The translations under genes and the position numbers were made by a program. The notes under the pieces were generated by a model. That model saw nothing but the letters and a program-made list of their open reading frames with translations. It made no database searches and was not told where the DNA came from. From Azolla caroliniana (lineage: Eukaryota > Plantae > Polypodiophyta): a stretch of 64,000 nucleotides of DNA. Below are positions 34,226 to 50,758 of this stretch, in pieces. How positions within the stretch are numbered: position 1 is the stretch's first letter; every line of letters begins with the position of its first letter. The DNA lies in assembly GCA_043228905.1 (NCBI GenBank), contig JBHGNT010000021.1, positions 4,712,001-4,776,000 of the forward strand. The letters run 5' to 3'.

Positions 34226-35808
34226 CATAATGTGAGTGTCATGATCCTTTCAATGCATGATGTGAGTGTTATCGTGACACTTCCTTTCGATGCATGATGT
34301 GAGTGTTATCATGACACCTATGATGGTCGGCATGAAAACGCACTCTATCTTGAGCTGTTTTTATATTATCTTGTGCAATATGCAACATATCTTGCATCTC
34401 CCGAAGAAAGTTTTGCGTACTTCGCAACTCATCATGATGTATATTAACATGAATCAGGGCTCGTGGCTGAAAACCATACATCAACATAAAAGGACTATAT
34501 CCCGTTGACGTATGCTTGGAGTTGTTATAAGCAAACTCCAAATTTGGGAGATAACGTTCCCATTTTGTTGGTTCTGTACCAACGTATGCTCGAAGCATGT
34601 CCTCAATAATTTGATTTACTCGTTCTGTTTGTCCATCGGATTGAGGATGATCCGTGGAGCTCATGGTCAATGTAATTTCTAACTTTTTAAAGACTTGCGT
34701 CCAAAAGTCACTAGTAAATTTTGGATCTCGATCACTCACAATATCCATCGGTAACCCATAAAAATGAAATAACTCGTCAACGAATTGGTAAGCCAATTCA
34801 GGAGCTGTTACCGTGGTTTTAGTAGCAATAAATCTGGCCATTTTAGTTAGTCTATCAACCACAACCCATATGGCATCATGGCCTTTTTGGGTGCGAGGAA
34901 GGCTAACAATAAAATCCATGGATATACTTTCCCACTTATTATTGGGAATGTCCAAGGGATGTAAAAGTCTTGCGGCTTTAAGTCGCTCGGTTTTGTTAAC
35001 CTGACATTGGTGACATTTAGTCACATAGCTATGTATGTCAGGACACATCTTAGGCCAATAGAATTGAGTGGAAATGAGAACGAGTGTATGATGTATTCCA
35101 GGGTGCCGTACAAAGGGTGCATCATGGCATTCAAAAAGAATTCTCTTTTTGACCTCGGGCAAATCTGGAACACAAACCTTCCCATTACAGTAGAGCAGAC
35201 CGTTAGCAATGTGGAAGTATTCCTTCGAGGATGTGGTGGTGTCTGATCCAGACTCAACTCTTGCCCAGTATTTCGCAAAATAACTGTCATGAGTATACTT
35301 TCCTCGAAGCTGATCATAAAGATCTTATATTATTTCAGTGAAGCTAAGCATGTTAACTTCATGGATGCGACTTATCGCATCAACGACAATGTTCATGGAA
35401 CCTTTACGATATCATATGGAAAAATCAGAGTTCTGGATGAGATCAACCCATTGTGTCTTATGACCTTTCAGGTCTTGTTGGTCACAAAAATATTTCAAGG
35501 ACTTGTGGTTCGTAGTTACCACAAAACGATTTCCATAAAGATAATGGCGCCATGTTTTGAGCGCATGTATAACTGCAAATAATTCCTTTTCTTGAACGGT
35601 ATACCGACATTGAGTAGAATCAAGTTTCTTACTCTCGAATGTTATTGGTTTACCATCTTGATATAAGACAACACCTATAGCATAATCACTTGCATCGGTT
35701 TCAACCTCAAAAGGTTTTGAAGGATCGGGTAACAGAAGTGAAGGAGCCTTGCACACCAGGTCCTTGAGTTCCTTAAAGACGAGGTCTAGTGTAGCATTCC
35801 AGACAATA

Positions 35809-37296
35809 GCTGAATTGATCCTTGGCCAAAAGCCCATCATGCCAGTAGAAGAATCAATTATGTCATGGATATCTATTCCATGGAGAGAGGAGTTGAGCAG
35901 AGAAGAATTGCTTGCTTTGCGAATTCAACAATTAGAGCGTCGACCTGAAGATATAGAATTGGCAGCCCAACGATTGAAGGAGGCTCAACTAAAGAATAAA
36001 ATTCGTTTTGATAAAACTCACAGAATTTGGCCTAAGAAAATAGAAGAAGGGGATTGGGTACTCATGTATGGCAGCAGTTTAGATAATCAACATAGCATCG
36101 TCCACAAGTTTGTTGAAAGATGGTTTGGGCCTTACATAGTAAGAAAAGTATATGATAACTTTACTTATAAACTTAGTGAATTGGATGGGACACTAATCCT
36201 AAACGTGGTAGCTGGAAAGAGGATAAAAGTATTTAAGAAAAGGTTTGAGCTTGAACCTCCTCCAATAGATCAACATGAAGATGAAAGATAGTGGCACATG
36301 CCAGAGGATGTGCAGGTCTAGAGGGGGTGGATGTCGTGAAGTACGAAAGCTTCACATTAAAAGTCTACAAAAAGATAAATACGTAACTAAAATAAAATAT
36401 ATATTGATAATGTTTTATAAAGGTAATATTAAAAAAAACACTATGATAATATTATACATTATATGTAGAGGCAAATAAAAAATATATATATTATATTACA
36501 TGGACAACAGAGGATTTAAACCATATAGTGTACTAGATGTGCACCATATATTGTATTACATGGGTGAGAGAAGACTTAAACCAACAACCTCCACATTATG
36601 AACCTCAAAGGTTCCTACCATTTAGTATATACTCATTATATGTGTAAAAGAAAATGTGTTGTTTTATTTGAAGTAGCATTGTATAGTCTAAACCATGTAA
36701 TGTACTACATGTGCACCATATAGCACACATGTAAGAGCCCCTCTTTGCATGTGTGACATATGGTCCACATGCAAAACCATCCCCTTCCTATAAAAGGAGA
36801 AGGGAGTATAGTCTCAAGGATATGAAGGAATCAATCAATCATATTGAATAGAATTATTGTATGGAATTGAGCTAAATTATATTGTATGAGCTATCATAAT
36901 AGAGAAAGAGGGAGAGAAGGTAAAAGCTATATACAATCTTCAAAACACAAGAGAAGAACTAGCTTGGCGGCGGCTGTGCTCAACTCGCAACGAAAAGACG
37001 GAGGTTCGAGTCTTATGCTCATCAAAAGATAGAAGGGAAGATTGTGATCTACTGTCAAGAAAGAGAAGAGCGACTACCTTGTGAGACAAAGTTCGACGGT
37101 TCAATGACGCTTGCAACCATTTCTTACATTCCCTCAATTATCATTTTACATCCTATCTTGTCATATCTTGTTGATCACTATTTATCTATTTCCACTCTTT
37201 TGTCTCTTCCATCCAAATCCCAGTGATTCCTTCCTCACTTTCACGTTGTCTTTTATCTACACAACGCTACGCTTCTAGGCGAGCCATGCCACAACA
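35809..37296 (+). mobile_element. 3' fragment of a C-related non-chromovirus Gypsy (integrase end, PPT, LTR 36332-~37296), abutting A in opposite orientation
   Basis: AELILGQKPIMPVEE..ELSREELLALRIQQLERRPED..WFGPY; GAGGGGGTGGA then TGTCGTGAAG at 36332. The presumed end ..CACAACA is followed by GCGT. Confidence 0.82.
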
Positions 37297-37299
37297 GCG

Positions 37300-42235
<4,936 letters not shown>

Positions 42236-42239
42236 AATG

Positions 42240-44620
42240 TGAATACCTCATCGAGAAGAAAAGTGAAGTCTTTGACTGTTTCCAGAACCTTCAAAGCTTA
42301 GTTGAAAGGGAAACGGAGAGGAAGATAAAGTGCCTACGGTCAGATGGTGGAAAAGAATACTTTTCCAGCCAATTCAATAGTGTTATCTACAGCAGAAGGG
42401 AATTCGGAGAGAATTCAGCTGCAAGTACACACCAGAACAAAACGGTGTGGCTGAGGGAAAGAAACGGTTGATTGTCGACGCGACAAGGGCAATGCTAGAG
42501 GAGAAGAGCATGCCCAAATTCTACTAGGTTGAGGCAGTCCAGACAGCCATCTACATCCAAAACCGGATCGGTGACAAGGTGTCAACACATGAGTTGTATT
42601 TCAGGCGGAAGCCGAATTTGAGACACCTTCGGATCTTCGGTAGCATAGCATATGTGCATGTACCGGATGAGAAGCAGAAGAAGCTGGATCTGGAGTCAGA
42701 GAAGTGCATCCAAGTCGGTTACTCGCATGAACAGAAGGGGTATAAGTGTTATAACCTCCGGACTAAGCACGTTCGAGTAAGCTAAGATGTCGAGTTTGAT
42801 GAGTCGGCATCATGGTACTCTCTACCGACTCCAACCTCCGACTCTGACCTGATTCCGGAAGATGAGGCTAGTGAGCCCGGGGAGGTCTAGGTAGAAGATG
42901 AAGACTTCGACACTCGAGAAGAGAGTCTGATCTCATTCCAGCTAAGTGGGCTGAATGAGCGGCTGAGTTGGGATGACTAGTCGGGTGAAGAACCAACAAG
43001 TAGTGGAAACTCTGTCGTGCTATCCCCACGCAAGGAACCTAGGAGACGGTTCACGCGCAAAGAGAAAAGGAAGAAGAAGATGGCGGAATACGATACCGGC
43101 AGTGAAGGGTCGGATCAGAACGAATATGACCCCGGAAAGGAAGAAGGTGGATCTTCAGAAAGGAAGTCTGAACCGACCAAGAAGGGCATCAAACCAGGTA
43201 ACGAAAAGTTACGCCGGTCAACCCATCAAAAGAAAACCGTCATGAGGTATGGATACAATGAGTACATGGCACATCATTATATGTACATGACTAAGGAGGT
43301 GGAAGTGTGTGAGTCGGAGAGCTACGCAGAAGCAACAAAGGATGCAAATTGGCGTGCTGCTATGGAGGAAGAAATGTGGGCACTTGATGCCAACGACACA
43401 TGGGACTTGGTTGACCCTCCTCGACAATGTAAACTGATCGGTTGCAAATGGGTATATAAGGTGAAGTACAATGCCGATTGTTCGGTCAACCGGTACAAGG
43501 CCTGATTAGTGGCAAAGGGATACGCACAGACCCACGGAATCGACTACGATGAGACCTTCGCTCCGATAGCGAAGATGACGACGGTTCGTGTGGTACCAGT
43601 TGTTGTTGCGGCAAGGAAATGGCATCTTCAACAAATGGACATGAAGAATGCATTTCGTCAAGGTGATCTTGAAGAACGGGTCTATATGATCCAACCCCCC
43701 GGTTTCCAATCGGAGATGAACAAGTCAACAATGTGCAAGAAGTCGCTTTACGGTCTGAAACAAGCCGCTCGAGCTTGGAATGCGAAGATCACGTGCCAGT
43801 TGCGTAAGATGGGGTTTGTGGCCTCTAAGTTTGACTCTTCATTGTTCATCCGGAACGGTCCAGACGGTCCAGTTTGCATTTTGCTTTATGTAGATAATTT
43901 AGTCATCACCGGACCTGGACTCGATGAAATCGGCCGAGTGAAGTCCCTGTTGTTGGATGCATTTGAAATGAAGGACCTGGGGAACCTTCATTATTTTCTT
44001 GGGATCGAGGTGATCCGAACCCGTGACGGCATATTGCTCTCACAATGTCATTATGTGTTGAATATGTTGTACAAGTTCGGCATAACGGAATGTCGACCGA
44101 TCTCTACCCCCCTGGACTGGAACCTGATGCTACGTCCTGACTCCGGCCTAGCCTACGATGAGAAACGGTTCCGACAAATTGTCGGAAGCCTCATATACTT
44201 GACAATCACTCGACCCGACATCAGTTACCCAATCAGAGTGATCAGCATGTTCATGCAGAAGCCGACCGTTGAGCATCTTCAGTGTGCACACTGGATACTC
44301 CGATATGTTACTGGCACGAAGGACCGAGGATTGTTATACCGACACGGTATAGCTGAAGAGCTAGTCTGATACATCGGATCGTCGATCCACCTCCGGTTTT
44401 ATGTTTTCTCATGGTAGTGTGGTTGTTGCATGGAGCAGCAAAAAGCAGCCAACAATGGCTCTATCGAGCATTGAGGCTGAATAACGGGGCGCTACCATTG
44501 CCACATGTGAAGCCATCTAGCCTCGGTGACTACTGTGAGACCTCTGAATCGAGGTGTTGACCCCGATCCTGATCTACTACGACAACCTAAGCAGCTACAG
44601 CTCGCCAAGAATCCCATATT
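42240..44620 (+). mobile_element. Internal fragment of another degenerate Copia (INT-RT-RH)
   Basis: RSDGGKEY, LRIFGSIAYVHVP, GCKWVYKVK, ILLYVDNLVI, IVGSLIYLTITRPDI; many stop codons. Confidence 0.88.
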
Positions 44621-46014
44621 CGGCCACAACCGAGACGTCGGATCAATCACAGAAAAACAGGAATGTGGAGAGATGTATCTAAACACGAAACAGTAAAGAA
44701 GAGAGTGCACTGGATGTTAACGTTGTCGCGTTGTTATGCGCGTGCGTGGAGAAAGGCGGGACCACAGGGGTCTTGGACTAGGGAGCGACGGAGCGTAGGA
44801 AGTCGCACTTCACCGTTTCCGGGGCATCCCAGAAGCACGCCGGAAGCAACCGAAGGGAGAAAGAGAAAGAGAGGGAGCGCGCGCTTGACACCGACTCGCG
44901 CGCGCACACACACACGCACGCACACACACACACACAGCTCACGCCCTCATGTACAGGAGACACAGGAAAGGGGAAGCACTCGACACCATCAAAGACGCCA
45001 ATATACACAAACAGACGCAAACGTATATGTATATATATATAAGAAGAATACATTCCTGGCTTCGAGGCGGACTGAGGTAGGTTACAGTAGTCGTCTGCTA
45101 CCAAGCCGCCGTCAGGGAGCTCTCAGCTCGTCGCGCCGAGCGGGGTCTTGCACAGGAGGCCGAACCAAAGCAAACCCTAAGCGAACACGCAGAAGAAGAA
45201 GAAGAAGAACCTAACTCTAAACCTAACGGTATACCCTCTAATGCAAAATGGGCAACCCCTCCACAAAGGGCGATCCCTTCCTTTTATAGAACAAGGAGAG
45301 GGATGCGTTACAATGTGGGACAAATCCCGACTTTCATGGGATCGTCTGTCCCGACTTGACTACTCTTTGGCGCCATAAAGGCGCCCTCGATATTCACACT
45401 AAATGTACATGGGTGCGTACACACGCTGCACCCCGCCGATGTAGCCAATGTTTCCCAGTTTTCGCCTTTGGCCGAAATTCTTCACGACATCCGCCCCCAC
45501 CTAACTGCACGTCCACCGGTACGTGCCAATCTAGTTGAAGGGTGAGAGATTTCGGCCGGTGAGAAACCGGTCTCCCGTGATCCGCTGTCGTGAAGATCCG
45601 TCACTACGCGCGGATCATGAGGCGGAATCGTCGGGGTTCTGGACCAGAAGGATTTAGAGTCGATACAAGCTTTGGCGAGAAAGTATTTAAGATAGATTGG
45701 GAAAGAGAGAAGTTGAGATTAAACGATTGAGAAAGATCGATTGAACTTTTTATCTTTGGATTTAAGAAACAAGTTACACCATCAATTTGATAACGAATTT
45801 CTTCCTCTTAATTTTCATAAAAAAAAACCGTGTCTTTTCTCCTCCCCCTTCCCTCTTTTATAGATGCTCTCATGCATATGATGCATGTGAGGGTACAAGA
45901 CATGCATAAATTGCATGTTTGCCATTTGGCGCTTATGTATTACATGTGGTGCATGATAACCATGTCACTCATTTTAGCTCTCATGTATGAGAATTTACAT
46001 GTAAAAGTACAATG

Positions 46015-46356
46015 TGTTGGGATTTCGGTCCCTCCGGATGGGATGTCCCCGGAGATAAATGACGGCAAGCCCGGTTGCGGTTACGGAACCGGATGATGAA
46101 GAGTACCCGGCATGAAGCCGGATGAAGAGTACCCGGATACGGATCCGGATGATGAAGACCCCGGCTACGGAGCCGGATGACGAACGTACCCGGAGAGAGA
46201 GAGATCCGGATGCGGGGACATATTTGTGAATATGTTTGCCAAGGGCCCTTGAGGCTATAATTGTAAATAGCCCGAAAGTCATATGTGTATAAATATGACT
46301 TAGGGCAAACAGTTTTACTGTTGTTGCTCATTTTTCATGCGAAGTGAGAGCAGCCT

Positions 46357-46387
<31 letters not shown>

Positions 46388-46652
46388 CGAAGAGGTCGTT
46401 GCCTCTGTGTATTACCGCCGCCTGTGGCGAAGACAGTGAACTCAAGGTTGTTGCCTTGTAGCTTCACCATTGTACATCTCTGTTCATAGTGATAGTTGGA
46501 GTCTGAGGACTCCCGTGGTTTTTTCCCATTTAGGGTTTTCCACGTAAACACCCTGTGTACCCTCCTCTCTATTGTCTTCGTGCATTTTGTATTTCCTGTT
46601 TTCTGTGAGGTAATCCTATTCCTCGGTTGTGGCCGAGCACTGTTTTACAACA
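46015..46652 (+). mobile_element. Solo LTR of the Copia D family, inside the 3' LTR of I
   Basis: TGTTGGGATTTCGG...TTTACAACA is a reverse-complement relative of the D LTR. TSD CAATG at 46010-46014 and 46653-46657. It is absent from the sister LTR (empty site near 51240). Confidence 0.95.
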
Positions 46653-46677
46653 CAATGATAGAAATATAATTTCAACT

Positions 46678-46752
46678 AAATAGCATGGTTTAATGGTAAG
46701 CCAATTGACTCCTAACATGGAGGTGCAAGGTTCGAATCCTTACTTGCCCTCC
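46678..46752 (+). promoter_or_regulatory. tRNA-like Pol III A/B-box module in the I LTR (second copy ~51265-51340)
   Basis: TGGTTTAATGG (46686) and a perfect GGTTCGAATCC (46729) within a T-arm-like stem AAGG-TTCGAAT-CCTT; 43-nt spacing. Confidence 0.75.
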
Positions 46753-47443
46753 TTGTATATGTAAATATGTATATATATTTATATATTTATTTATCTAGTC
46801 GCCGGATACCGTCGCCAGATGCTGTCGGTTACCGGTGCCGTCGTCGGATGCCGGCGAATCACCGTCGCCGGATTGCCGTCGGATACCGGTGCTGCCGTCG
46901 GTTACCGGTGCCTCGCCGGATTGCCGTCGGATCACCGTCGCCGGATTGTCAGATGCCGCCGGATCACCGGCTCCATCGCCGGTCCGGTTTTGGTTGGACA
47001 AAACCCTTTACGAGTAGCTAGCCCACCTCCACTCTTAGTTCAAGTTACCTTGAACTCTCTATGCTCCACACATAGACACAAGGATAATATCTTTTGCTCC
47101 ACCTTATATATGATGAGAGCTGTATTTGTCGTGCCTATGTGGGATATCTCACAATTTTCTCTTTTCCTTTTACAAACTTGATACCCTCATATCTTGACAT
47201 TTAGTTGTTCGTTTCTCGTGTAATAAAGTGCATTCGAAACCTCCATCATTTTGTACTTAGATATTAAATCTATTTAAAATGTTATCTTCACAATTATTGT
47301 ACTATGTGATTCATACTCGATTTCGTACGTTTTATGGGATTTTCACACTATTGCCGAAAATCTTCACGACATCCACCCCCACCAAACCGCACGTCCTCCA
47401 GTACGTGCCAAGAAGAGAAGAAGTGAGATTTCGGCTACGATGA

Positions 47444-50400
47444 TCAATTAGATTCCTCCATGTCTTCATTTTCATCCGGCCTATTATGTTCATCGTCGAG
47501 GTAATCGAGGTCAGGATCCTTGTCTTGTCTTTTCTTGAAAAGCTTTACTCTTTTTCCCGCAATGGGTACGGCCAACCTTGATCCGTCTAGTTCCGCAAGG
47601 TGGTATGTGGCATTATTGTTGGCACTTGTCACCACATACGGCCCGAACCATCTTCTTGCGAACTTCCTTGTTGTACTGTGTTGATTGTTAAGGGTGCTGT
47701 CGTAAACCAAAACCCAATCCCCTTCTTCAATCTTCTTGGGACGAAGTCGATGCGTGTTGTCGAACTGAACTTTGTTCTTTACTCGGGCTGCCTTCATCAT
47801 CTTTCGCGCTTTTTCTAAATCTTCAGGTCTTCTTTCAAGTTGCCTTATCCGCGCCGCTAATAACTCTTCTCGGCTCATCTCGTTCTCCCACGGTATTGCT
47901 ACCCATGAGGCGATCGTTCTTTCGATGGGCATAATCGGCTTTTGTCCATACATAAGCTCCGTCGGCATATACCCTGTCACCGAGCTATGTGTCGTTCTAT
48001 CAGCCCACAAGGCATAGGGTAATAGTCGTGGCCAATTCCCAACTCGACCGTTGCATGCCCGTACGATGGCTTTAACGATAGGTCCATGCCCTCGCTTGAT
48101 CTTCCCATTTGCTTCCGGATTGTAGGCAGTCGTGAGGGAGAGCTTCACGCCTAGTCTTTCGAAGAGCTCCGTCGCTTCGTGCGCGTCCAACTCCCCTCGG
48201 TCGGCCACTATCTTCCCTACACATCCATATCGGCAAACAACATCTTCAAGTAGAAATTTGCAAACGGCTGAAGTCGTCTTATTTGTCAAGGCTCGTCCTT
48301 CCACTTGATTTGTCAAGTCTTCCCTGGCCAGTGCTAAATACTTCATTTGTCCCACTCCCATTGGCATCGAGACCAGATCCACCATCCATTTGAAGTGTAT
48401 GGTGAGTGGGTATGTCGGGTTTAACTCATCACGATGACGTATATTTGAATATACTTGGCAAGTTTCGCATGTGGACATGAAATGGAGTACATCTTTGTAC
48501 ATGCTTGGCCACCAGTACTTCTCCTTCAACTTTTCGAACGTCGCCCATGTTCCTCTATGACCTGCCCAAGCACTCTCGTGGAATTCGGTCATCAACGTCT
48601 CTTGCTCTTCTTTCTTTACCACCACTCGACGTGGTATTCCTGTCCTTCTTTTTGGATGTCGCCAAAGGAATCCTCCCTTCAAGAAGTATCGGTAAGCTTT
48701 CTTTCGGATTCGTAGGGCCTCCTCCTTTGTCAATGAAGCATCTGCCGTCAATGTTCTTAGGAATCTACCGATGAGTAACCACTCTCCTTTGTACTCGTTC
48801 TCGTTGAACGTGTGGAGGGTTTGCGTGTCCTGGTCTTCCGCCGACAATCGAGCCATCTTGAAGAAGTCGAGGGCGACATCTTCATCTTCCGAAACCATGT
48901 TACTTTCATTTGAAAATCTTGCCCTTGACAACATGTCAGCCATGGCGTTCTTCTTCCCTGCAATGTGACGGATCTCTAGGTTTAAAGACTTGATGTAGGC
49001 GATCCACCTTAGCATAGCAAGATCTGGGGTCGCACATCCCGAGACCATTCCGAGAATTGGGAGACAATCTGTCTCTATTATCACTTCTGACCCGATCAGG
49101 TAATCTTTGTCCGTCTTCACTGCCGACACAATACCCCAAAGTTCCCGCTTGACTTGGGCATATCTTTGTTGCTGTTCGCTGAGAACCTTTGCTCCGAACC
49201 GGACGGCATATCGCGCATTATCTTCACCTTCTTGGTTGATGACCCACCCGATTCCGGTTGGACTCGTATCTATGGTCACGTAAATTGGTTTCCCTTCGGC
49301 ATAGTCGGCCTTCCTTAGTGCTGGAGCTTCAAGAAGCAGTTTCTTTAATCTTCGCATTGCCTTTGTGTGCTCGTCTCGCCATTCGAACTTTATTCTTTTC
49401 TTTAGTAGTCCATATAACGGTTCGGCGACATGAGCGTAGTGAGGAATCCATGTATGATAAAATGTGCACGCTCCAAGGAACCTTCGAACCTCCGTTTGGT
49501 TTTCACATTCTTCTTTCATGTCTTGGATTGCGTTCACTTTGGATGGCGAGGGCTTCCGGCCGTATGCTCCACACAAGTGACCTACCACCAAGATCTCCGG
49601 TTTCCCGAATGCGGATTTTTCTCCCGAAAATGTCAAATTCGCATCTTCGAGCCTTTGAAGCACCTTCTCGCAATCTTTCATATGATCCGCAACGAACTTT
49701 CTACAACCTTCCTTATCTTTCGATTCATCTTTCTCCTCATCCGAACATCCTTTTATCGGAATATCATCCAAGAATGGCATCGTGATGTTCGGAATGCAAT
49801 CCTTCAAGACTTTATTCATGGCATTCACCATATGAGCCACCGAGTTCGTTGCGCCTTGGGGTAAGGTACACATCCGCAGAAGCCCGATCGGAGTCCTCAT
49901 GGTTGTAATGTCCCGACTGTCGATCGCCAATTGGAATTGGTCACATCCGGAGTAGAGATCGCCAATGGAGTAGATGGACCGGCCCGCAAACGCTTCGGCA
50001 AATTCGTCCACGCTCAGACCGATTCCGGCATTTCGAATTGTCACCTTGTTGACGGGTTGAAGATCTTGGATGAATTGGAATGATCCATTCTTATTCGGCA
50101 CCGTGAACCACCTATTGGAATAAGGAGCATTCGACGGTTCTAGAATTCCCATACTCACCTTCTCCTTTAAGAGCTCGATCAGCTTCGGAAGGTGTGCTCT
50201 CGGAACCGGTATCGGTTTCAAATTCCAAGGCACATGAGGCACCGTGAAGATCACCATCGGCTCGATAACCTTTGGGTAGGCGCATCCGATTTCTCGTGGG
50301 AAGAATGCGAAAGCCTTCCCATGTCTCTCAAGCATATCGCGAAACATTCGCTCCTCTTCAGGGAGAAGGAAATCCTCCTTTCCAACTCGTAGCTTCCCCT

Positions 50401-50758
50401 TCGTCTCTTTGGTGAAGTCATGACCTATCTTCTTCGGATCTCTTAAGCTTGGATCGTTAGCAACTTCCTTCATCTTTTGCCAGCTATCTTCCGGTAGCGG
50501 AACCGCAACTGGCTTGATCTTCTTATCCACCGTTTTATATTTCGTGTTGATGTCAGCTTCCTTCATCGAGATTCCACGACGGTATTCATCGATGATAGCA
50601 TACATGTTGACGGAGTTAACCGAAATCACGCGTTGGTTGTGAAGATAGCTCAAGTCCACGACGTCCTCGATTTCGCCGATGGTGTCGTTAAATGAGGCTT
50701 CTTCCATAATATGAGTCACGAACTCTCCTTCTTCTATTATATTCTCTTCTTTCAGCAT
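47444..50758 (-). CDS. pol: Uninterrupted RT-RNaseH-integrase ORF (1104 aa) of element I
   Basis: LEPSNAPYSNRWF, PFLDDI, TIDTSPTGIG, HESAWAGH..CETC, ADRGE, WFGPY; colinear with C pol. Confidence 0.92.
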   Translation of the reverse strand: MLKEENIIEEGEFVTHIMEEASFNDTIGEIEDVVDLSYLHNQRVISVNSVNMYAIIDEYRRGISMKEADINTKYKTVDKKIKPVAVPLPEDSWQKMKEVANDPSLRDPKKIGHDFTKETKGKLRVGKEDFLLPEEERMFRDMLERHGKAFAFFPREIGCAYPKVIEPMVIFTVPHVPWNLKPIPVPRAHLPKLIELLKEKVSMGILEPSNAPYSNRWFTVPNKNGSFQFIQDLQPVNKVTIRNAGIGLSVDEFAEAFAGRSIYSIGDLYSGCDQFQLAIDSRDITTMRTPIGLLRMCTLPQGATNSVAHMVNAMNKVLKDCIPNITMPFLDDIPIKGCSDEEKDESKDKEGCRKFVADHMKDCEKVLQRLEDANLTFSGEKSAFGKPEILVVGHLCGAYGRKPSPSKVNAIQDMKEECENQTEVRRFLGACTFYHTWIPHYAHVAEPLYGLLKKRIKFEWRDEHTKAMRRLKKLLLEAPALRKADYAEGKPIYVTIDTSPTGIGWVINQEGEDNARYAVRFGAKVLSEQQQRYAQVKRELWGIVSAVKTDKDYLIGSEVIIETDCLPILGMVSGCATPDLAMLRWIAYIKSLNLEIRHIAGKKNAMADMLSRARFSNESNMVSEDEDVALDFFKMARLSAEDQDTQTLHTFNENEYKGEWLLIGRFLRTLTADASLTKEEALRIRKKAYRYFLKGGFLWRHPKRRTGIPRRVVVKKEEQETLMTEFHESAWAGHRGTWATFEKLKEKYWWPSMYKDVLHFMSTCETCQVYSNIRHRDELNPTYPLTIHFKWMVDLVSMPMGVGQMKYLALAREDLTNQVEGRALTNKTTSAVCKFLLEDVVCRYGCVGKIVADRGELDAHEATELFERLGVKLSLTTAYNPEANGKIKRGHGPIVKAIVRACNGRVGNWPRLLPYALWADRTTHSSVTGYMPTELMYGQKPIMPIERTIASWVAIPWENEMSREELLAARIRQLERRPEDLEKARKMMKAARVKNKVQFDNTHRLRPKKIEEGDWVLVYDSTLNNQHSTTRKFARRWFGPYVVTSANNNATYHLAELDGSRLAVPIAGKRVKLFKKRQDKDPDLDYLDDEHNRPDENEDMEESN

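Larger units (their letters stand above)
4441..34316 (-). mobile_element. Element B: full-length but decayed Tcn1/Tf1-like chromovirus (gag-PR-RT-RH-INT-CHD), split by the DNA transposon
   Basis: LTRs 4441-4898 and 33818-34316; TSD CCTAT at 4436-4440 and 34317-34321. gag fragments 32701-33730, PR (LLDSGANSCF) 32022-32540, RT 31545-31961, RH 30816-31304, INT and chromodomain 5056-5988. PRHRSYGLLQPLPIPETPW is restored across 30144/6032. Confidence 0.95.
2725..35808 (-). mobile_element. Element A: degenerate, 5'-truncated Ty3/Gypsy chromovirus, outermost layer of the nest
   Basis: 3' LTR ~2725-3161 (TGTAAG..GTAACA); PPT 3164-3175; chromodomain ORF 3184-3435. Integrase is split by element B and resumes at 34322 (ORF 34269-35162; HADHHR|QPRVFN reads through the TSD). 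RNase H ORF 35412-35840 (FEVETDASDYAIG). Confidence 0.88.
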
